Source: Marsupella aquatica
Taxonomy: Eukaryota > Plantae > Marchantiophyta
Direction of reading: 5' to 3'
DNA length: 64,000 nt
NCBI GenBank assembly: GCA_973895155.1
Contig: OZ316891.1
Span: 3,609,801 to 3,673,800 of the forward strand
The position numbers and the translations under genes are program-made. The notes beneath the pieces are model-generated. The model made no database searches. It had not been told where the DNA came from and saw nothing but the letters and a program-made list of their open reading frames with translations. How positions within the stretch are numbered: the stretch's first letter is position 1; each line of letters opens with the position of its first letter. This document shows, piece after piece, positions 54,785-64,000 of the stretch.

Positions 54785-54900
54785 CGAGCCCTATGCCCAT
54801 GCATTGCCGGCGCAAGGAGGGCCGGCCCATAGGGAGTCAAGCCGGGGCATTTATGGGGCAGCGGGCGGGGCAGCGGGAAGCACATATGTGCTGGGTGCAC
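54785..54900. promoter_or_regulatory. Small GC/CpG-rich island downstream of the gene
   Basis: ggggcagcgggcggggcagcgggaagca and gccggggca motifs resembling those of the upstream islands. Confidence 0.3.
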
Positions 54901-55181
54901 ATTTCCTCCATCAATGGTCAGTAAAAACAACCAAACAAATCCAACGGTCGTGGGTCTTTCCCACCCAGGAGCTTTTTTGTATTGGGACGAAGGACAGGAA
55001 AAAGCAGGATCCCTTATTAGTAGATAGAGTTGGTCCAAAAACTAATTGCATTGAATTGAATTGAGTTGAGTTGACCTAATTTTAAAGCACTAATGACCTA
55101 AGCTCAATGAGACAAATGGCTCTTGATTAACTATCTTCTTGGCATTCCAATTATTAATTCCTAAGGTTTTTAACTTTATTG

Positions 55182-55343
55182 CCAGAGTGACAAATGTCAC
55201 TTGGTGGAGAGTATTTTTTATTTGCAAAATTTGCCACCCCAGTACAAAGCGTTAGCCACTTTGGTCAAATTAATCTAATAAAACTAGATGAGGAATATTC
55301 TTAGAAAGCTCTACTTCACACCAAGTGACATTAGTCACTCTGG
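55182..55343. mobile_element. MITE-like element with 25-bp terminal inverted repeats
   Basis: ccagagtgacaaatgtcacttggtg / caccaagtgacattagtcactctgg (24/25 match); no TSD visible. Confidence 0.6.
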
Positions 55344-56247
55344 AAACAGGGGCTATATAATTAGCTCTGGAGCACTCCAGGGGTTTGAGGGGATGCAAGG
55401 ACTTGGGACCATAACAAATCCCTTTCAAAAAACTTAAGGGGTCTTGTCAGGGGTTTGTTCCACTAGAGGGCGTCCATCAAATATTTGGTTGCCGTAAGGA
55501 TTGTGTTGTTCACCAAAAATGCATGAGTTAGCTACAGTGAACTTAGGAACTTTGAGATGCCTTGTTGCAATTGTATGGCTCCAAGTTCCCAGCACATTTG
55601 TCCATCAAGCCACCTCCGAGTCTTAAGGTCTGTCGCGCCCCTAACCCGGGCCTTAAATCCAGTTTAGTTCCATGGGGCGACCTCGACCACCAGTAGGGGT
55701 GAGGGTTGGGCAAGGAGGTGTGTAGTGGCCTCGATTAGCCCTAAGTCAGGCTAAGTCAATATACTCGCCGGTATAATACTTACGCAACTCATACTGGTCA
55801 TAGGTATATTTGTTTTCCACCGCTGGAATATTCCCACAGTTAGTGACTCGGACTAACTCCCGGCTTGGGGCTTTCAAGCCATCGACGTGACAGAACCTTG
55901 TAGTATGCAATGGGTGGCAATCCCCACCATTAGTCCGCACCCAGTACGTCCCTTGAAATGGCGCCTTTGCCCAGACAAAACATACACACAACACCAGCTA
56001 CACGCGATAGAATCAGAGGGAAAAGACTACATTTACTCAGCGAAGAATCAGTTTACATAGTTGACTCGACTTCTAAGGGGGTCAGCAGGCCCAACGGCAG
56101 TCGATGCCCAGTCTCTACGAGGCCCCGCCCCACGCTTGCCCAGCAAGCTCGACTCTGGCTCTCACTCCTTAGTGCACTTTGACCCTGCTCAGGCCGGGAC
56201 TCCCCGTGCCTCGCCTTTTCTTGCGCTGAGATAACTAAGCCTTCTCC

Positions 56248-56534
56248 CTCGGGGGGTTAACTAAGTGTATATTTTGGGGTACCACGTGCGATCCTAGCCT
56301 AATATAAATAGACCTATTTTATAAATAAAATATTCCAAGAATATTCTCTATTTTCAATATTAATAACCTATTTTACTTTATAAAGGGTATATATTAAAGA
56401 ATATTCTATAAACATGAGTTTATAATACCTTCTTTTGCCTCCTACGCATTTTAAAATTTTAGTTAAAATTTGTCAAAAATACCTATTTTGGATTGCACGT
56501 GGTTCCTAAGATTTTTGATAGTCAACCCCCCGAG
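56248..56534. mobile_element. 287-bp AT-rich MITE nested in the 3.6-kb element
   Basis: TIRs ctcggggggttaacta..accacgtgcgatcc / ggattgcacgtggtt..tagtcaaccccccgag; TSD ccttctcc at 56240-56247 and 56535-56542. Confidence 0.75.
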
Positions 56535-56909
56535 CCTTCTCCCCCTCCCACAGCGGAAGGGGAAGCCTAAATACTATGGTTGCAGAAAGGAACCGGAAGA
56601 TACTACCTTCCGGGGTAATGCCTACTGACTAACTACCTTCTGACTAACCGGCCGCACTCCTCTGACCGGTTGACTGTCGGCGGCAAGGGCGCTGACCGGG
56701 GTGGCAGCAGCTAAGTCTACTGACCAAAATCTAGTCCATTGATGGACTCTATCCTACATCGGCTGATCCTAACTGATCCTATCCTAATTCTTTCTATTGT
56801 GTTGCTAATCGGCGCCTAATGACAGCTATTCTATCATTAAGCCTAAAAAAAATGCCGCTGACTCAACTGCCTCGCGCGGCGCCTGCTCCCACCCTTCGCT
56901 AACCACCCC

Positions 56910-58683
56910 TTACGTGCGTGCTGTGGTCGGACCAGGGTTTGTCCCCCTATCGGGGCGAGACCTCGAGCCACCTTGATCAGAGGCGGGCCCAGGTCTTGCC
57001 CGCTGGAGGATGAGTAGGGTAACGCGGTCCTGCAAGGCCTTGTTATCCCATACCGCCTCCTCTGCCTCGTTTGCCGCCTCATCGGCCTCTGCTTGAAGCC
57101 GTGCTACCTCCAGGTTGAGGTGGTTAATGGAGTCACGATGGGTCTGGTCCTGCGCCAGCAATTTATCCCGTTCGGCGGAGAGACTAGCCACCTGTTGAGC
57201 TGCCTGCAGGAATTGGTTGTTGAGGTCGGTCAGGCTGGTAACCCGAGCCGAGGATTCTTAGCGCAACTGAAGCACGGTGTCGTCCAGCTTCTTGAGATCC
57301 ATTTGTGCCCCGCTCAACTCTTGGGTTAGTCCGTCCCACTGTTCGACGTTGCGGACTAACTCCTCACGGCGGGTAGTGGCCTCCTCCTCGAGGTGTTCTA
57401 CCAGAATTTGGAGGCACCCGATCTCGTTCCCCTTTGCCATGAGTTTTTCCTCCAAGCGGCTTATGATCCGTGGTTGGTGCTCCAACATGAAGAAAGCTGG
57501 TTGAAAGTACGCCGAGACTTGTTGCCCGATGTACGTCGCCAGCTCCCCCGACATAGTTTGGCTCAATCATGTGTAGGGTAGTCCATATGAAGTTAAGCCG
57601 CTCCATAGAGATTAAGTTGGTGCACGACCCCTGCTTGTATCCGTTGTCTGTCTTACCCTCGGGTTTGAAGTGCCGAGGTGTATACTCCTTATCCCAAATT
57701 TGGAGTTCAATCGACACCGGCCCGGTTGGCACACAGAAGATCTGTCCCAGCCGATGCTCCGTGAGTGATAAGGTCTGTCCTGACACCTTGGTGGTCGATG
57801 CGTCAATGTCGAAATTGGAGATGAACTCACAAATCTCCTTTGGCCCAGCTGCGCACGGTCTCCATAGCAAGTGAGCGAACTGTTCCAACTGATGCTCCTT
57901 GAGATAGTCCGCGTGGTCAAGTTCCTTGATCGCGATCCAGACTACCTCGGGGATGCGGATTAATTGTAATAAGTTAGACTTTGGATTATCCGCGAGCCGT
58001 CGGGTCTGGTTGGTCGGGGGGTTCGTCGGGGCAGGTGCAGGGGCGACGTTGGTTCGCGTTGTCGGTTTGGGGGCCGGCGTCGTCCTTGCCCACTTCCAAG
58101 AACGCTGCTCAAGCTACGGACTAACACGCTCGGAACCCGAGGAACACTCGGTGTTGTTCACGGGATGGACTTGGGACCGGTTCGGTGGTACGCCGGTGGT
58201 CATTGGCTGAGGGGCTGGGGATGGTGTCGGGGTAGCCATATCCCAGTTGAAGGCGTTGGAGCTTTCCCTGAGGAACGTAAGGTTACGCGCCGCTTCCCGT
58301 TGTCTGTTGATGTCTTCTTCACGCTTCTCGGCTACAATCTACTGGTCGATGTATCTCGGAATCTTTTCAAACTCCGCTGGAGTCAGTCTCTGGCTGCCCC
58401 TCAGCCTAAAGAACTTTGCGGGAACTTCAAGAATCGCCTCTGTCACCGATCTGAACCCTTCCTCATTGATATATAGTTCGGTGATGTAATCCCGTAGCTC
58501 ATTGTAACTGGAATCCCTGGTGATGGCTATCTTCTCACAGTTAACCTGTGCTACCTTGGCCACCAACTTCGCGTATCTTCGTTCGTAAACGGCTTTCTCG
58601 GGGCAAGAGTACCAGTAAGTCTCGGAGAGCTTAGCACCTACCTCGCCAAACAAGGTCCAAAACCCCAAGGCTGTAAGGGTCAT
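56910..58683 (-). pseudogene. Disrupted ~590-codon accessory ORF: globular domain plus long coiled coil
   Basis: ATG at 58683; segments 58339-58683, 57364-57888, 57258-57566, 56910-57191 join via stops and frameshifts; ICEFISNFD..TKVSGQTLSLTEHRLGQIFCVP resembles plant retrotransposon extra-ORF domains; heptad-rich C-terminus. Confidence 0.6.
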
Positions 58684-60246
58684 ACTAACCTTTGTAGTCT
58701 AGTTTGTCGAGTCCGCGTTCCCACCCGGCCGGTCCGCTTGCTGGTGGAGTCCTTACTCGCCCTGACTAAATCTCGCCACAAATCTGATCTTATTCCTCGA
58801 TAATCTCCTCGTAAAGGTCAGCTTGATTCGAGCAAAAGGCAAGAGTGAGTGGCAGCGTCCGTGAATTCCGAAAGGTAGAAATGAGCAAAATAATGGCCCG
58901 CAACGCCATCGACTCCGCTCTTATGGGGGTGCCAAGGTGAGCTCGAGCGTGAGAGGGCAAGGCCGTTTTGGTCGTTAATGAGCTGAAGTTGGCATCTCGG
59001 TCCAAGCGTGATCTCCCAACGGATTTTTACTCCGCCGCCGCCACCGTACCTTGGTCGAGCGTAATAATCCTCTTCCTTAATTCGTAATCATTCGGTCAAC
59101 TAACCTACTCCTAATCTATTCATAATGGCAAAGACGGCTATTCGTGCTATTCTACGCTACGGCTACGGTCCTAATGACCGTATAAGTCCTAATCTAGGAC
59201 CTGCATTCGGTTAAGTGACACGTTACCTGTGTCACAAGGTCTGACAAGGAGATCTCCATCGAATCCTTCAAACTTGACTGGGATCCCAAAATGCTCTTTC
59301 AAACTGTGTTCCACTCAAAATGCATGTCATCCTGCTGAAAATGCATAGTGTCATAGATCCCTTTCGGATGGAGATCTCAGCCTTGCTCTTATCCCAGTCA
59401 GCTCGGATTCAATTCATTGTTGTATAATCATAGGTTCATCGTTGGCAGGAACTATGAAAATTTTCCATAAAATGAAAACTGAGGGTTTCCCCTCAACCAG
59501 TTGCCCAGCTCCAGGTTTCCTATTAAAGAACAGTAAATTACTACTACCCTGGGACTATCAATTGCGCAGAACAAAATATTTATCAGAATTTCATCTTCCA
59601 ATACAAAATTTTGGATAGTTTTTGTGATGCAGAGGAAACTGTATGTTGCTTATTCTAAGCATTTTGATGTAAACACTGATTTATCAACATGCTCATTGTT
59701 TCTAAAGTAAAAAATAGAGTCTAGAGAATGGAATCTAGAGAAAAATATTTTTGGCATTCTTAATCATCTGGAAGGAAAGAAATTCAAATTTCTTTTGGCG
59801 CAGGGCATGCTCGTTTACAAGTGAAAATATCCAAACAAAGAGTCAAAACTTGAAAACAGCACCGGGGCACTATATTCTAATAGAGCACCCCTTGGCCCAC
59901 TATTTGAATATGGTGCTACCATGGCGCTGTGTTTGGGGAAAGACAGTATTGCCATTCTGTTTCAGCCAGGACCTGTGCAAAACATCCGGCAAAACATTAA
60001 TTATTTTTATTTCAGGTAATAACTCAAGGCCAGAATATTATTCTCCAGTTTCATTTGCACTAAAAAAACAATGTATACATTGACAAGTCAGGTTCACACA
60101 TACTCTTAGAATATTCTTTAATTAAGCATGACAAAATTCTCTTGATATCCCACAAGGACCCCAAATTATTTTGTTAGCAGGGCCCAATATTTTAATAATT
60201 TATTATTTATTGTGGGCTGGTAGAGTCATATTTTTGTGTTAAACAG

Positions 60247-60667
60247 TGTTGAGCATAGACGACGATCGCAACGGCAAGCCCATGAACCATCCAACGCACA
60301 ATAGTCGACACAAGAGATACGTGGTTCACCTCCTTGAGGCTACGTCCACGGGAACACACAAGAGAGCTTTACTGAACTCTAAGCCCGTCGGCTATACCGA
60401 GTCTCCACAGTGTAAGCTCTCCCTATCTCTCAAGTGGCTCCATAACAATGAGCCTTGGTTCTACCTCTCCAAGCACACATGCCTCTTATGATATAGTGTG
60501 CAACTTAGTTGTACCTAACCACATAGTTGTACCTAATCACGTAGTTGTACCTAACCACATAGTTGTACCTAATCACGTAGTTGTACCTAACCACGTAGTT
60601 GTACCAACCCACGTTGTTGTACCAACCACGTCATACCTAACCTAGACGTAAGAGTAAATACCCAACA
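60247..60667 (-). repeat. 3' LTR (421 bp) of the Copia element, with an internal 18-bp x7 tandem array
   Basis: On the minus strand TGTTGGG...CTCAACA; preceded by PPT AAGGGGAAGAT (60668-60678); tagttgtacctaaccac(a/g) repeats at 60506-60631. Confidence 0.92.
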
Positions 60668-60858
60668 ATCTTCCCCTTGACTCTGGTCTAGGGGAGAGTA
60701 ATACTGCCAATGTATATGATCCCTCAGCGGGAAGTTCTGGACAGAAATCAAACCGGTTTCCCTCTCTAACTAGAGCAAACCAGAACTAAGCCGTAGCCTA
60801 ATACATAGGAATGAGGAAGAGCATATATCAGTAATTACAATGAATGTTTAAGAAAACT

Positions 60859-63800
60859 CTACTTGTGATGCAATTGCAAAACCTGCAATACGTCACGGTG
60901 TCTAGAGAAACTCTCCAAAGGAATCACTTTGGTAAATGCGTCAGCCGGGTTGAGTTTACCATCAATCTTGACTAGCTCAAACAAATTATCAGACACAGTC
61001 TGCCTGATAAAATAGTACCTGACGTCAATGTGCTTCACTTTGCTGTCCATCACCTGGTTCACAGCAAGGTGGAGCGCACTTTGACTATCACAATGGAGCT
61101 TCACATTCCCCTGTGGCAATCCCATTTCAGTGATAAGTCTATCCAACCAAATCGCTTCCTTTGCTGCTTCCGCAGCTGCAACATACTCCGCTTCTGTAGT
61201 AGACTGAGCAATACACTTCTGCAAAGTAGACCTCCAACTTATGCATCCACCGCCAAGTGTGAACACGTATCCTGTTGTTGATCTCCTTCGGTCCAAATCT
61301 TGTCCATAGTCAGAATCTACATAGCCAATCAATGATCTAGCATTCTTTGCATTCGCATCAAATAAAAGACCATGATCCACGGTACCCTTCAAGTACCTGA
61401 TAATCCACTTCACTGCTTCCCAGTGTACCTTCCCTGGATTCGACATGTACCTGCTCACCTTGCCCATAGCCATGGCAAGATCAGGTCTAGTGCAAGTCAT
61501 CAAATACATGAGACTCCCCACTGCCTTGTCATATGGAACCTTTGACATCAACCCCTTCTCTGTGTCATCCGTAGAACAGAACGCTGATGATAACTTGAAG
61601 TGTGGAGCCAACGGGGTATTTACTGGCTTGCTATTCTCCATGTTGAACCTTGCAATTACCTTCCTCGCATAACTGCTCTGCGTCAACCATAGCTTGCCAG
61701 CCTCCAAGTCCCTAGTGATCTTCATACCCAAAATCCTCTTAGCTGGCCCTAAGTCCTTCATCTTAAACTCTGCACTAAGCAGTGCCTTGAGCTTAACAAT
61801 CTCAGACCTATCCTTGGCTGCAATTAGCATGTCATCCACATAAAGTACTAAAACAATGAACCCAAAGACAACATTCTTCACCGGTTTCAAATACACACAA
61901 GGGTCAAATACACTTCTGTGAAAACCTTGTGACCGAATCCAATTGTCAAACCGCTTGTTCCACTGTCTTGGTGACTGCTTCAACCCATACAAGGATTTCA
62001 GCAATCTGCAAACCAATTCCTCCTATCCTCTCTTCACAAAACCTAGCGGTTGTCTCATGAAGATCACCTCTTCCAATGTGCCATAGAGGAAAGCTGTGAC
62101 AACATCCATCTGATCTAGGAGCAGACCAAACATTACAACAAGTACACACAATAGTCGTATTGTAGAGTACTTAGCAACTGGTGAGAAGACCTCATTGTAA
62201 TCCACACCTTTCTCTTGTGTGAATCCCTTTGCTACCAATCTAGCCTTGTAGACCTTCGATCCACCTCCTATGGAATTATCCTTCAGCTTGTAAATCCACT
62301 TGCTGTCCACCACTTGCTGACCCTTAGGCAGCTTAACAAGCTCCCAAGTTTTGTTGTCCTTTAGTGACTGCATCTCCGTTTGCATTCCTGTAGTCCACTT
62401 CTGCTTCTCTTTTGAAGCACTTGCCTCATGAAATGAAGAAGGTTCTCCTTCTTCCAAAATTAACGCATCACCCTCATCATCAGCTGTAAAATCATCCTCT
62501 TGCAGTTGAGATGAATCAACCCACTGTCCATACCTTGATGGAGCGCGTACAGTGCGACCAGATGTTCTTCTAGCCGATGACTCCGGTTGATCTGCGTGTG
62601 CTGGTACAATTTGAAGCTCAACAGCATCCACTTGTTGCTCACCAGCATCAACAAACTCCTCTGGTTCCTCTGGCACAGGAACCAGCTCCATAATTGGAGC
62701 AACTCCTTCTCTCCGGTCATGCACCTCATAACCAATCTCCCCCTCAACGAGATCCGGGATAGGAGATTTTCCTTTGTCAGTACGGGAGATCTGAGTATTC
62801 TCCCCCTCCTTCAATAATCTGGATTCATTGAAGGAAACATCCCTACTGACAACGAGCTTACAGGCAATAGGATCCCATAGCCTATAGGCTTTCACACCAC
62901 TCTGGTACCCAAGAAAAACACATTTCCTGGAGGTAGGATCCAACTTGGTCCTATTCTGCTTTGGTGTGAGAGCATATGCATCACTTCCAAAAATTACCAA
63001 GCCATGATAGTCTGCTTGCCGCTTATAGCGCATCTCAAACGGCGTTTTGAAATTGATAGCACTAGAAGGAGAAAGATTTACCAAATAAGCTGCGGTATTG
63101 ACAGCTTCTGCCCAAAATTCTTGTGGTAAACCTGATTGGCTCAACATACTCCGTGACCGCTCCAACAGTGTCCGATTGAGCCTCTCAGCGACACCATTCT
63201 GCTGCGGAGTATAAACTATGGTGAGATGGCGAGTTATCCCCTGTTCTGAACAGTACTCTTCAAATTCCATTGAAGTGTACTCCCCGCCGTTGTCTGACCT
63301 CAAACTCTTCACCCTTGTATCCAAACACTTGATCGTGTTTCCAGTCTGATTCTCCACCTGGGCCTTCCATTTCTTAAAAATGGACAAGACATCAGACTTA
63401 TGCGTCATGAAATAAATCCACACAAATCTTGAGTAATCATCAATAAATGATACATAGTACAACTTTCCAGAGTGTGAGGGAGTCGGGGATGGACCCCACA
63501 CGTCACTATGTATGTACTCAAGAACCGCTTTGGAACGATGAGTTCCAACACCAAAAGCACGACGATGCTGCTTTCCAAGAATGCAATGCTCACAAAACTC
63601 TAATTTACAAGATTGCAAATCAGAAATGAGTCCATTCTTCCGTAAGATAGCCAAACCCTTCTCACTCATGTGGCCTAGCCGTGAATGCCACAGTTGAGTC
63701 ATCTCCTCGTGAGACTTGGTTACATTGGCCTCTCCACATACAGTATTGCCCTGTAACACATACAAATTCTTTTGTCTACTCCCCTTCAAAATCACTGTCT

Positions 63801-64000
63801 CTCCCGACCTGACTTGAAGTTCACCATCAATAACGCTCCATTGATGACCATTTGAATCCAACACACCGAGTGAAATCAGATTCTTACGCATGCCAGGTAC
63901 ATACCTGACTCCGGACACTGTGCGCACAGCGCCATCAAACATTTGAATCTTCACAAACCCAATTCCCTCAATTTGACAGGAGTGATCATTTCCCATCAGA
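60859..64000 (-). pseudogene. pol: Copia pol polyprotein with one in-frame premature stop at 62023-62025
   Basis: WHSRLGH..CEHC, IHSDVWGP, LRSDNGGEY, QQNGVAER, YKARLVAKGF, QMDVVTAFL, LYGLKQSPR, YVDDML, GYVDSD, TTEAEY, KHIDVR, NPADAFTK; the two listed ORFs share one frame. Confidence 0.95.

Larger units (their letters stand above)
55631..59236. mobile_element. 3606-bp LTR-retrotransposon-derived insertion (Gypsy-like giant solo LTR or deleted element)
   Basis: Begins TGTCGCGCCCC, ends GTGTCACA; flanked by exact 5-bp TSD AGGTC (55626-55630, 59237-59241); no paired LTRs and no gag/pol motifs seen. Confidence 0.85.
60247..64000 (-). mobile_element. Ty1/Copia LTR retrotransposon (5' part beyond the window)
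   Basis: Domain order protease tail, GAG-pre-integrase, integrase, RT, RNase H; PPT; 3' LTR. Confidence 0.98.

Noticed and set aside
56926-56940. tcggaccagg resembling the 5' part of miR166
   Set aside because: Only 10 nt match, no hairpin, lies within a TE ORF
60506-60631. Regular short repeats suggesting a CRISPR array or repeat protein (VVPNH)n
   Set aside because: Head-to-tail 18-bp units without spacers inside a Copia LTR in eukaryotic DNA
1-64000. tRNA, rRNA, snRNA genes or prokaryotic operon/defence systems
   Set aside because: None recognisable; the content is spliced plant gene plus transposons

Overview
Eukaryotic land-plant DNA, probably bryophyte-grade (inferred from the gene and transposon content); the ORF track is mostly noise because the real gene is spliced. 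The only host gene is an 11-coding-exon TGA-class bZIP/DOG1 transcription factor on + (41883-46493, about 527 aa). It has a long GA-rich leader packed with uORFs and sits in a gene-free interval of about 40 kb upstream and 17 kb downstream. That interval holds: a near-full-length RLE-type (CRE-clade-like) non-LTR retrotransposon (-, about 18.9-22.85 kb); the 3' two-thirds of a Copia element (-, 60247 to the window end); a 3.6-kb TG...CA element with a 5-bp TSD that looks like a giant solo LTR carrying its own ORF; a MITE nested in that element; decayed L1 and Ulp1-transposon fragments; many local repeats; and several CpG-rich islands with shared motifs (candidate distal enhancers). All calls are by eye; no searches were run.
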